From Acutalibacteraceae bacterium (GTDB lineage Bacteria > Bacillota > Clostridia > Oscillospirales > Acutalibacteraceae), in NCBI GenBank assembly GCA_045603005.1, contig JAZULG010000124.1, forward strand, positions 8,124 to 72,123: a stretch of 64,000 nucleotides of DNA, given 5' to 3'. Position 1 is the first letter of the stretch; the number at the start of each line of letters is the position of its first letter. The notes beneath the pieces were generated by a model, which saw only the letters and a list, made by a program, of their open reading frames with translations, made no database searches and was not told the DNA's origin. Shown here piece after piece: positions 51,553 to 60,184 of this stretch. The position numbers were made by a program, and so were the translations under genes.

Positions 51553-52026
51553 ATGGCTATACGAAAAGTAGTAACATCTGAGGACCCTATTATCAGAAAA
51601 AACAGCCGCAAGGTTGAAAAATTTGATGAACGCTTAAGAGTTCTTCTTGACGATATGAAGGAAACGATGTATAAGCAGGAGGGCGTAGGTCTTGCTGCAG
51701 TTCAGGTCGGAGTACTCAAAAGAGTTGTTGTTGTCGATGTCGGCGACGGACCGCTCGAGCTTATTAATCCTGAAATAATCGAGACAAAAGGCGAAGTCTG
51801 CGACGTAGAAGGTTGTTTATCGGTACCCGGCGAATCCGGTACTGTCTGCAGACCCGAATACGTCAAAATCAAAGCACAGAACCGCAACGGTGTCTGGCGC
51901 AGATATGAAGGTACGGGTCTGAAGGCACGTTGCTTCTGCCACGAAATCGATCATCTTGACGGAATTTTATACACAGATAAGGTTATTAAGGATATAACCG
52001 CAGAAGATATTAAAAATAATAAGTAA
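51553..52026 (+). CDS. def: Peptide deformylase
   Basis: GVGLAAVQ, EGCLS, HEIDH. Confidence 0.95.
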   Translation: MAIRKVVTSEDPIIRKNSRKVEKFDERLRVLLDDMKETMYKQEGVGLAAVQVGVLKRVVVVDVGDGPLELINPEIIETKGEVCDVEGCLSVPGESGTVCRPEYVKIKAQNRNGVWRRYEGTGLKARCFCHEIDHLDGILYTDKVIKDITAEDIKNNK

Positions 52027-52038
52027 AGGAAGTTTTAT

Positions 52039-52971
52039 ATGAGAATTGCCTTTATGGGAACACCTGATTTCTCCGTTCCGTGTCTTAAGGCGCTGGTTGA
52101 ATCCAAACACGAGGTTGTCGGTGTGTTTTGTCAGCCTGACAAGCCTGTCGGAAGAAAGCAGATTTTAACTCCTCCCGATGTTAAGGTTGAGGCTCTTAAG
52201 CATGACCTCAGGATTTTTCAGCCTATGTCACTCAGAAACGGTATTGGCGTTGAGCTTCTCAAGGAAATCGAGCCGGACCTTGTTGTGGTAGTAGCGTACG
52301 GAAAAATTCTTCCGAAGGATTTTCTTGATTATCCCAAATACGGATGCATAAATGTTCACGCATCTGTTTTGCCGAAGTACCGAGGTGCTTCTCCGATTCA
52401 TTTTGCCGTTCTTAACGGTGACAGTGAAACAGGTGTAACTGTTCAGCAAATGGACGAAGGTGTTGATACGGGAGATATTCTTAATGTTGAAACTGTATCA
52501 ATCGGAATTAATGATACAACTGAATATATGTATGAGGTGCTTGCACCTTTAGGCGCAAAAGTGATGCTTGAAACAGTTGAAATGATTGAAAAAGAGGAAC
52601 TTAAGCCAATAAAGCAGGATGAATCACTTGCTACACATGTTGGTCTTCTTTCAAGAGAAATGAGTAACATTGATTGGAATTGCTCAGCCTTTGAAATACA
52701 CAATAAAATAAGAGGTCTTTACTCGTGGCCCGGAGCTTCAACAGTACTTTCAGGTAAAACCTTGAAGCTTCATTCCTCTGTTTTATCTGATAAAAAGGGG
52801 AATAATAAACCCGGAGAAGTTATCGAAAGCTCCGATAAGCTTATAATCGCCTGCGGTGATAATAATTCAGTTGAAATAACTGAATTACAGCTTGAAGGTA
52901 AAAAAAGAATGCCTACCGCTGCATTCCTTAACGGTTATACGCTTGAAAAGGGAACTGTTTTAGGAAATTAA
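52039..52971 (+). CDS. fmt: Methionyl-tRNA formyltransferase
   Basis: MRIAFMGTPDFSV, NVHASVLPKYRGASPI. Confidence 0.95.
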   Translation: MRIAFMGTPDFSVPCLKALVESKHEVVGVFCQPDKPVGRKQILTPPDVKVEALKHDLRIFQPMSLRNGIGVELLKEIEPDLVVVVAYGKILPKDFLDYPKYGCINVHASVLPKYRGASPIHFAVLNGDSETGVTVQQMDEGVDTGDILNVETVSIGINDTTEYMYEVLAPLGAKVMLETVEMIEKEELKPIKQDESLATHVGLLSREMSNIDWNCSAFEIHNKIRGLYSWPGASTVLSGKTLKLHSSVLSDKKGNNKPGEVIESSDKLIIACGDNNSVEITELQLEGKKRMPTAAFLNGYTLEKGTVLGN

Positions 52972-52983
52972 AGGAGAGTAACT

Positions 52984-53667
52984 ATGTTCTTTTATGATTA
53001 TTATTACATTATTCTTGTTGTGCCCGCACTGATTCTTTCTCTCATTGCTCAGGCTAACGTCAAGAGCGTTTATAAGAAGATGTCAAAGGTAAGAAATAAG
53101 AAATCTATTACCGGTGCTCAGGCAGCATACAGTGTTCTTTCTTTTGCAGGTATCGGAAATAAGGTACGTATCGAATGCATAGGCGGAGAGCTTTCTGATC
53201 ATTTTGATCCGAGAACCAATATTATCCGCCTCTCAAAAAATGTTTTCTACGGCACATCAATTGCCAGTATCGGCGTTGCTTGCCACGAAGCAGGTCACGC
53301 CATTCAGTACGCAATGGGTTATGTGCCGATCAAGATAAGAAACACTATTTTACCTATCGCAAACTTCGGCTCAAGTGCAGGCTTCCTTATTGCGATAATC
53401 GGATACTTTATGGGTGCTGATATTATTCTTAATATCGGTATTATCCTTTTTGCTTTTGTTGTACTTTTCCAGCTCGTAACCTTGCCTGTCGAATTCAATG
53501 CAAGCCGCAGAGCAATGAATCTTATCGCTGAAAAGGGTATACTTTATGAAGATGAGCTTCCCGGAGCAAGAAAGGTGCTTACTGCCGCTGCTATGACGTA
53601 TGTTGCTGCACTAATTGTTTCAGTGATGTCACTGCTCAGACTGATTCTCAGAACAAGAAAAGATTGA
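52984..53667 (+). CDS. Membrane zinc metallopeptidase (YugP-like)
   Basis: HEAGHAIQ zinc motif between TM segments; 227 aa. Confidence 0.8.
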   Translation: MFFYDYYYIILVVPALILSLIAQANVKSVYKKMSKVRNKKSITGAQAAYSVLSFAGIGNKVRIECIGGELSDHFDPRTNIIRLSKNVFYGTSIASIGVACHEAGHAIQYAMGYVPIKIRNTILPIANFGSSAGFLIAIIGYFMGADIILNIGIILFAFVVLFQLVTLPVEFNASRRAMNLIAEKGILYEDELPGARKVLTAAAMTYVAALIVSVMSLLRLILRTRKD

Positions 53668-53682
53668 TAAAGGATATAACAA

Positions 53683-54990
53683 ATGATAAATGCTAGACAG
53701 ATTGCATTTGAAGCGCTGCTGAAGACGTATAAAAACGATGCGTATTCAAATCTGATTCTTGACAAAACTTTATCTAAAACGAAGATTGACACAAGAGACA
53801 AAGCTTTTGTGTCTGCTTTGTTTTACGGAACTATAGAAAGAAGGCTGACTCTTGACTATCAGCTCGAAAGATATCTGTCAAAACCACTGAAAAAGCTGAA
53901 GCCTGAGGTGCTTGTTTTGCTTGAATTAGGTGCATATCAGCTTCTTTTTATGGATAAGGTTCCTTCATCTGCAGCGGTCAATGAAAGTGTTTCTCTTGCA
54001 AAGAAAAACGGAGTATCCTTTGCAGGTGGATTGATAAACGCAGTTTTAAGAAAGGTTTCTGCAAACGGAATTGTCCTGCCGACTGAAAAAGACAAAGTGA
54101 GATATCTTAGTATTAAATACTCTTGCCCGACTGAATACATTGATTTGTGGTTCAGGGAATTAGGGAAGAAGGATACAATAGAACTTCTTGAGTCAACTGT
54201 CGGCAATGCTGAGCTTATTGTCAGGGTAAATACCTGTAAGTGTTCAGCTGATGAATTAATTGAAGCATTAAAGAATGAAGGTGTCATTGCTTCAAAAACA
54301 TACGTTGACAATGCCTTGTCTCTTGAGCTTTGCGGACACGATATAGAATCACTACGTAGCTTTAAAGAAGGCTTATTCCATGTTCAGGATTTATCCTGCC
54401 AGCTTTGCTGCAAAGCACTCGGAGCTACACCCGGAGATACAGTTTTTGATCTTTGTTCAGCGCCGGGCGGTAAAGCTTTTACGGTTGCACAGTATATGAA
54501 TAATGAAGGCATCGTTAAGTGTTTTGACCTTTATGAAAGCAGAGTTGAACTTATCAGAAAGGGTGCCGAAAGACTCGGTCTCAGTTGTGTAAGCGCATCT
54601 GTCTCTGACGCCTCGGCTTTCAACAGCAAAATCGGTATGGCTGACCGTGTTCTGTGTGACGTACCTTGTTCAGGTTTGGGAATTATCAGAAGAAAGCCGG
54701 AAATCAAGTATAAAAGCCTCGACTCCCTATCAGAATTACCTGAAATTCAATATAAAATATTGAGTATAGCTTCCGATTATGTTAAACCGTCGGGCACTCT
54801 TGTTTATTCAACCTGCACTCTACTTAAGCGAGAAAACGAAGAAGTATGTGAGCGTTTTTTAAAAAACAATGCTGATTTTAACCTTGCTTCGCCTCTTGCT
54901 GACGTTTCGACGGATAAATATTTAACTTTACTGCCACACAAAAACGGCGGAGACGGATTTTTTATTGCTGCATTTGAGCGTAAGGACTGA
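53683..54990 (+). CDS. rsmB: 16S rRNA m5C methyltransferase RsmB
   Basis: NusB-like N-domain, SAM site DLCSAPGGK, catalytic DVPCSG and YSTCT. Confidence 0.9.
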   Translation: MINARQIAFEALLKTYKNDAYSNLILDKTLSKTKIDTRDKAFVSALFYGTIERRLTLDYQLERYLSKPLKKLKPEVLVLLELGAYQLLFMDKVPSSAAVNESVSLAKKNGVSFAGGLINAVLRKVSANGIVLPTEKDKVRYLSIKYSCPTEYIDLWFRELGKKDTIELLESTVGNAELIVRVNTCKCSADELIEALKNEGVIASKTYVDNALSLELCGHDIESLRSFKEGLFHVQDLSCQLCCKALGATPGDTVFDLCSAPGGKAFTVAQYMNNEGIVKCFDLYESRVELIRKGAERLGLSCVSASVSDASAFNSKIGMADRVLCDVPCSGLGIIRRKPEIKYKSLDSLSELPEIQYKILSIASDYVKPSGTLVYSTCTLLKRENEEVCERFLKNNADFNLASPLADVSTDKYLTLLPHKNGGDGFFIAAFERKD

Positions 54991-54994
54991 TACA

Positions 54995-56020
54995 ATGAAT
55001 AAGGATATTAAATCATTTAATCTCAATGAACTAAAAACGGAAATAGATTATCTTGGAGAGAAAAGTTTCAAAGCTGCACAGATTTATTCATGGCTTCATA
55101 AAAAAGGGGTTGAAAGCTTTGACGATATGACCGATTTATCAAAGGATCTTCGTGAAAAGCTTAAAAATAACTATGATATTTATACTTGCAGTATTGAAAA
55201 AAAGTTAGTTTCGGTGTATGATAAAACAGTTAAATATCTTTTCAGACTTCATGACGGTGAATTAATTGAATCTGTTGTTATGAAATACAAGTACGGATAT
55301 ACAATTTGTGTTTCAAGTCAGGTAGGATGCAAGATGGGATGCAGTTTTTGTGCCTCAGGCATTGCAGGCTTCGTACGAAATCTCACGGCATCAGAAATTT
55401 TATCTCAGATATATGTTGCTCAGAGGGATTTAAACATAAGAATTTCTCATATAGTTATGATGGGAGTAGGGGAGCCTCTTGACAATTTTGATAATGTCAT
55501 CCGCTTTCTTGATCTTATCTCAAATGCTGACGGACTGAATATCGGTATGAGAAATATTTCGCTTTCCACCTGCGGTGTTGTCAGCGGTATAGATAAACTG
55601 CTTGAAAAGAAGCTTCAGCTTACATTATCCGTTTCGCTGCATGCCCCTAACGATGAAATAAGAAGTCGTACAATGCCTGTAAACAATAAGTGGAACATTG
55701 ATACACTTCTTTCGGCATGTAAAAGATATACAGATACAACTTCGAGACGTATTTCGTTTGAATACGCTATGATCAGCGGTGTAAACGACAGTGACGACTG
55801 CGCTCATGAACTCGGAAAAAGACTTAAGGGTATGCTGTGCCACGTTAACCTTATTCCTGTTAACAGTGTCAAGGAGAGGAGCTACCGTAAGAGCTCCGAC
55901 GACAGAATAAATAAATTTATAAAAATTCTTGAGAGATACAAAATTACAGTAACTGTAAGGCGTACTCTCGGAAGTGATATCAACGCTTCATGCGGTCAGC
56001 TCAGGAGAGGCGAAAAATAA
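54995..56020 (+). CDS. rlmN: 23S rRNA/tRNA A2503 methyltransferase RlmN (radical SAM)
   Basis: ATG 54995. CxxxCxxC as CKMGCSFC, MGVGEPLDN, C-terminal SCGQL. Confidence 0.95.
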   Translation: MNKDIKSFNLNELKTEIDYLGEKSFKAAQIYSWLHKKGVESFDDMTDLSKDLREKLKNNYDIYTCSIEKKLVSVYDKTVKYLFRLHDGELIESVVMKYKYGYTICVSSQVGCKMGCSFCASGIAGFVRNLTASEILSQIYVAQRDLNIRISHIVMMGVGEPLDNFDNVIRFLDLISNADGLNIGMRNISLSTCGVVSGIDKLLEKKLQLTLSVSLHAPNDEIRSRTMPVNNKWNIDTLLSACKRYTDTTSRRISFEYAMISGVNDSDDCAHELGKRLKGMLCHVNLIPVNSVKERSYRKSSDDRINKFIKILERYKITVTVRRTLGSDINASCGQLRRGEK

Positions 56021-56039
56021 ACTTTGAGAGGAGAAAAAT

Positions 56040-56768
56040 ATGGATATTGTCGGAAAAACCGATCAGGGATTAGTACGTCGTCATAACGAAGACGCTTTTG
56101 ATTTCGGTACCTTTGATGACGGTGCAAGGTGGTCCCTTGTTTGCGACGGTATGGGCGGTATACACGGTGGTAAAATCGCGAGTACCATTGCAACGGAGCT
56201 TATATCAGAAAAAATAAGAAAATGCTACTGTAAAACAATGCCTGTTTCTTCTCTTGAAAATCTGCTTCTTTCCGCAATTGCAACAGCTAATGTAACTGTA
56301 TTTGACAGAGGCTCAGTTGATGACGAGCTTCGTGGAATGGGTACTACAGTTGTTGCGGCTGTAATGAAAAACAATGAGGCGTGCATTGCGCACGTCGGTG
56401 ACAGCAGGGCTTACAAAATCAGCAACGGTACAATTGAGCAGATTACAAAGGACCACTCATTAGTTCAGGAAATGCTTGATAACGGGCAGATTTCCAAAGA
56501 AGAATACGAGAATATGCCTATAAAAAATATCATTACCAGAGCATTAGGCATCGCAGAAGATGTTGACATTGATTTTGATTTTGTATGCGTTAATGAAGAT
56601 GAAGCGCTTATACTTTGTACGGACGGGCTCAGCGGACTTGTCAGCGACCGTCAGATACTCGAAACTTACCTCAACAGTGATTTTGAAAGTCTTGCCGATA
56701 AATACATACAGCTTGCAAACGATAACGGCGGACGCGATAATATTACGGTTGTTATTATGAAAGGTTAA
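56040..56768 (+). CDS. prpC: PP2C-family Ser/Thr phosphatase
   Basis: NEDAF, DGMGG, GTT, HVGDSR, CTDGLS, DNITV. Confidence 0.9.
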   Translation: MDIVGKTDQGLVRRHNEDAFDFGTFDDGARWSLVCDGMGGIHGGKIASTIATELISEKIRKCYCKTMPVSSLENLLLSAIATANVTVFDRGSVDDELRGMGTTVVAAVMKNNEACIAHVGDSRAYKISNGTIEQITKDHSLVQEMLDNGQISKEEYENMPIKNIITRALGIAEDVDIDFDFVCVNEDEALILCTDGLSGLVSDRQILETYLNSDFESLADKYIQLANDNGGRDNITVVIMKG

Positions 56769-56778
56769 GGTGACATCC

Positions 56779-58893
56779 ATGGAAAATTACGTTGGTAAGC
56801 GTCTGGACGGACGTTATGAAATAATGGAAATTATCGGCATCGGCGGTATGGCTGTTGTCTATAAGGCTTTTGACAATATCGACCATAAAATTGTTGCAGT
56901 AAAAATCCTCAAGGATGAATTTCTTGAAAATGAGGAGTTCAGAAGAAGATTTAAAAACGAATCCAAGGCTATTGCGGTGTTGTCACATCAGAATATCGTG
57001 AAGGTTTTTGATGTCAGCTACGGCGATATGCTTCAATATATCGTTATGGAATATGTTGACGGTATTACTCTTAAGGAATATATGCTTCAGCAGGGCAGTA
57101 TTGATCCGAGAGAAGCTATCTATTTCCTTACGCAGATCCTCAGAGCTCTTCAGCACGCTCATGATAAGGGGATTGTTCATAGAGACATCAAGCCGCAGAA
57201 TATTATGCTTATGTCTGATGGTACAATCAAGGTTACAGATTTCGGAATTGCACGCTTTAGCCGCAGTGAGACACGCACAATGACAGACGGAGCTATCGGC
57301 TCGGTTCATTATATAAGCCCCGAGCAGGCAAAGGGAAGCATTACAGATGCAAAAACAGACCTCTATTCTGTTGGCGTTATTCTTTATGAAATGCTCACAG
57401 GCAGACTTCCGTTTCAGTCAGATAATGCTGTATCAGTTGCGCTTATGCAGCTTCAGAATGACCCCGTAATGCCAAGAGAAATCAATCCCGACATACCAGT
57501 TGGTCTTGAACAGATCATAATGAGAGCAATGCAGAAAAATCAGAATGACAGATATCAGTCAGCTTCTGAAATTCTTCTTGATCTTGATGCATATAAGAAA
57601 AATCCAAACATTAAGTTTGATTATTTATTTGAGGATTCGCAAAATCTTCCGACAAAAACGGCACCTGAATACAGCTCTGCTGCAGCTGAAGCTGAATATG
57701 ATGACGATGAAGATGATGAGGATTTCTTTGACGCTAATGCGCAGCGCCGCAGTGACAGAGGCAAAAAGGTGACAATTACAATTCTTACAGCTGTTCTTGT
57801 GGCACTTGTTGTATTTGCAGGCGTACTCATTTCAATGTTTTCAACAGCATCGAATAAGATAACTGTTCCCGAGTTTACCGGAAAGTACTTTGAGGATGTA
57901 AAATCCGAGTATGATAATGTGTTCCGTTTTGAGCCTGAATTCCAGCCAAATTCAACATACCCCGAAGGTGTTATTTTCCAGCAGGATATTGAACCCGGTA
58001 AAAAGGTAAGGAAAAATACCACCATAAAGGTTTACGTTTCAGGTGACGATATCAACAATGGTATTGAAATTCCTGATGTAAGTGAGTTTTCACTCAGCGT
58101 GGCAGAGTCTAAGCTTAAAAATCTGAACTTTAAGGTTGAAATAGTGCCTGAATTTGATGATACGGTTGAAAAGGGTACAATTCTGAGAACAGATCCCGAA
58201 GCAGGCTCAAGAGCGCCCGTAGGCTCACTCGTTACGATTTATTACTCAACCGATAAAAAGCCCGTTGTTGTACCCAGAGTTGTCGGTCTCCAGATCGGAG
58301 AAGCACGAAGGATACTCACGGACCTTGGTCTAAAAGTTGAAACAAAATCAGAGGATAATAAACAACCTGCAGGAACAGTTCTCGGACAGTCTGAGGTTAA
58401 CTATGAGGTAGAGCCCGGCACAACAATTATTCTTACTGTCAGCACAGGTATAGATCCTATGGAGGTTGAGATTCCTGACCTTACCGGACAGTTGCTCGCC
58501 GATGCTAAGACTGCACTTATAGAGCTCGAACTTGAGGTTGTAGTTGAATATCAGGACAGTCCGCTTCCAAAGGATACAGTTATCAGTGTTGTTGATGCAG
58601 GTAAGAAGGTACCTCCTGAAACGGTAGTCACTTTGATTGTAAGTAACGGTGAAACTACCACCGAACCCTCTACAACAGAGCCTACTACATTACCTTCAAC
58701 TACAGAAAGACCGACAACACATCCTCAACCATCCACAACAGAGCCTACAACAACCGAACCCACTACAACTGCACCCACTACAACTGCACCCACTACTACA
58801 GAGCCTACAACGACTGCTCCCACTACAACAACCACAGAGCCAACCTCTACGACACAAGCAGTTGAAAGTGATGTAACCGAAGCGCAGGAATAA
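56779..58893 (+). CDS. prkC: PASTA-domain Ser/Thr kinase
   Basis: GIGGMAVVYKA, HRDIKPQN, DFGIA, one TM, four PASTA-like repeats and a Thr/Pro-rich tail. ATG 56779 follows AAGGTGA; GTG 56770 is an alternative start. Confidence 0.9.
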   Translation: MENYVGKRLDGRYEIMEIIGIGGMAVVYKAFDNIDHKIVAVKILKDEFLENEEFRRRFKNESKAIAVLSHQNIVKVFDVSYGDMLQYIVMEYVDGITLKEYMLQQGSIDPREAIYFLTQILRALQHAHDKGIVHRDIKPQNIMLMSDGTIKVTDFGIARFSRSETRTMTDGAIGSVHYISPEQAKGSITDAKTDLYSVGVILYEMLTGRLPFQSDNAVSVALMQLQNDPVMPREINPDIPVGLEQIIMRAMQKNQNDRYQSASEILLDLDAYKKNPNIKFDYLFEDSQNLPTKTAPEYSSAAAEAEYDDDEDDEDFFDANAQRRSDRGKKVTITILTAVLVALVVFAGVLISMFSTASNKITVPEFTGKYFEDVKSEYDNVFRFEPEFQPNSTYPEGVIFQQDIEPGKKVRKNTTIKVYVSGDDINNGIEIPDVSEFSLSVAESKLKNLNFKVEIVPEFDDTVEKGTILRTDPEAGSRAPVGSLVTIYYSTDKKPVVVPRVVGLQIGEARRILTDLGLKVETKSEDNKQPAGTVLGQSEVNYEVEPGTTIILTVSTGIDPMEVEIPDLTGQLLADAKTALIELELEVVVEYQDSPLPKDTVISVVDAGKKVPPETVVTLIVSNGETTTEPSTTEPTTLPSTTERPTTHPQPSTTEPTTTEPTTTAPTTTAPTTTEPTTTAPTTTTTEPTSTTQAVESDVTEAQE
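58651..58860 (+). repeat. Coding Thr/Pro-rich tandem repeat region (about 15-nt period) at the PrkC C-terminus
   Basis: ETTTEPSTTEPTT...TTEPTTTEPTTTAPTTTAPTTTEPTTTAPTTTTTEPTSTT. The unit CCCACTACAACTGCA is repeated exactly at 58758-58772 and 58773-58787, with degenerate copies on both sides. Confidence 0.85.
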
Positions 58894-58902
58894 AGGTTAT
58901 TT

Positions 58903-59781
58903 ATGCAGATCAAAGGACAGATTATAAAGGGAATCGGCGGAATTTATACAGTAAAAACCGTGAGCGGTAACATTATCTGCAAAGCAAAAGGCCGATTCAG
59001 AAAAGAAAGAATCTCACCTCTTGTCGGGGATTATGTTATTGTTTCAACCGATGAAAAAACCGATAATGTTATTGAAGAAATCGAGCCACGTAAGAACAAG
59101 CTTGTGCGTCCGCCCGTGGCAAACATTGATAAGCTTTTTATCGTTGTTTCTGCTGCAAAGCCTATGCCTAATACCGCGATAATTGATAAAATGACGGTTC
59201 TTGCCGAAAAAAATAATATAACTTCTGTTATTGTTATTACAAAGACGGATTTATCCGATATTGATAAACTTGCAGAGATTTATAACAGTACCGGATACAA
59301 GGTGTATACCTATTCTGATGTTGCAAACAGCTCTACAGATGACATTTTGAATGAGCTTGACGGTTGTCTGTGTGCTTTTACAGGTAATTCTGGAGTTGGT
59401 AAAACAACGCTTATCAATTCGTTAAGTAAGGATCTTAACCTTGAAACGGGAGAAATCAGCGATAAGCTCGGCAGAGGTCGACATACAACCCGTCAGGCTG
59501 AAATTTTTTCAATCGGCAATGGATTCGTAATTGATACTGCAGGCTTTTCAAGTATTGATTTTGTAGATGATAACGTGATTTTAGCTGATGATTTACAGTA
59601 CTATTTCAACGAATTCACTGACTATATCGGTCAATGTAAATTTACAGGCTGCTCCCACATCGGGACCAAGGGCTGTAAAATTTTGGAAATGGTTGAAAAC
59701 GGCACTATTAGTGCAAGCAGATATGATAGCTATAAATTAATGTATAACGAGCTTAAAGATATAAAAAAATGGCAATTATAA
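58903..59781 (+). CDS. rsgA: Ribosome small-subunit biogenesis GTPase RsgA
   Basis: OB N-domain, circularly permuted GTPase (TKTD then GNSGVGKTTLIN), zinc motif CKFTGCSHIGTKGC. Confidence 0.9.
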   Translation: MQIKGQIIKGIGGIYTVKTVSGNIICKAKGRFRKERISPLVGDYVIVSTDEKTDNVIEEIEPRKNKLVRPPVANIDKLFIVVSAAKPMPNTAIIDKMTVLAEKNNITSVIVITKTDLSDIDKLAEIYNSTGYKVYTYSDVANSSTDDILNELDGCLCAFTGNSGVGKTTLINSLSKDLNLETGEISDKLGRGRHTTRQAEIFSIGNGFVIDTAGFSSIDFVDDNVILADDLQYYFNEFTDYIGQCKFTGCSHIGTKGCKILEMVENGTISASRYDSYKLMYNELKDIKKWQL

Positions 59782-59866
59782 GCCGTTTCAATCACATTTA
59801 TTGCCAAAATCCGTATACTGATATTAGTTCGAATGAATCGGGCTAAATTTCAGAAGGGATGATGGC

Positions 59867-60019
59867 ATGGCAAATCCGAAGTGTTGTCCTAAGGGACTGG
59901 TATTTACCGCATTTGGTGCAGGATTTCTGTTATCACTGTGCTTCCCGGATAAATTCATACTCTTTGTTATGGCGCTGATGCTCGTCATTCTTGGGGTTGT
60001 TTCCTGCCAGAAGAGATGA
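59867..60019 (+). CDS. Unannotated 50-aa two-TM hairpin ORF
   Basis: MANPKCCPKGLVFTAFGAGFLLSLCFPDKFILFVMALMLVILGVVSCQKR. The AAGGG SD lies 8 nt upstream. Two hydrophobic helices are separated by PDK. It is below the 60-aa cutoff of the ORF track. Confidence 0.35.
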   Translation: MANPKCCPKGLVFTAFGAGFLLSLCFPDKFILFVMALMLVILGVVSCQKR

Positions 60020-60040
60020 TTTTAGTAGGGGGTATTCAGT

Positions 60041-60124
60041 ATGAAAATTGTTGTTGTTAGAAGTCCGAAGCCGCTGAGAGGTATCCTTAAACTTATTTTT
60101 AAAATCAAAGACAATGAGAGCTGA
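60041..60124 (+). CDS. spoVM: SpoVM-like 27-aa amphipathic sporulation peptide
   Basis: MKIVVVRSPKPLRGILKLIFKIKDNES, compared with B. subtilis SpoVM MKFYTIKLPKFLGGIVRAMLGSFRKD (recalled). Shared: MK start, the basic residue at 7, PK at 9-10, L12, GI at 14-15, and basic amphipathic spacing. AGGGGG SD lies 9 nt upstream. Its location after prkC-rsgA matches the Bacillus neighbourhood. Confidence 0.65.
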   Translation: MKIVVVRSPKPLRGILKLIFKIKDNES

Positions 60125-60138
60125 TCCTCATTAAATTT

Positions 60139-60172
60139 ATGCAGATGGATTTTCTCCGTCTGCATTACTTTT
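60139..60172 (+). terminator. Rho-independent terminator after the small-ORF pair
   Basis: ATGCAGATGG (60139-60148) pairs with CCGTCTGCAT (60156-60165) with one G-U pair, then TACTTTT. Confidence 0.65.
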
Positions 60173-60184
60173 GGGTGGTGAAAT

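Noticed and set aside
58725-58913. Minus-strand ORF encoding a Val/Gly repeat (..VVVVGAVVVGSVVVGAVVVG..).
   Set aside because: It is simply the reverse complement of the Thr/Pro repeat (ACN/CCN codons) at the PrkC C-terminus, so it is a mirror artefact of the tandem repeat.
59862-59978. An alternative 38-aa reading frame starting at ATG 59862 (MAWQIRSVVLRDWYLPHLVQDFCYHCAS..).
   Set aside because: The SD spacing is only 3 nt, the product has no structural logic, and the ORF overlaps the better-supported 50-aa two-TM frame starting at 59867.
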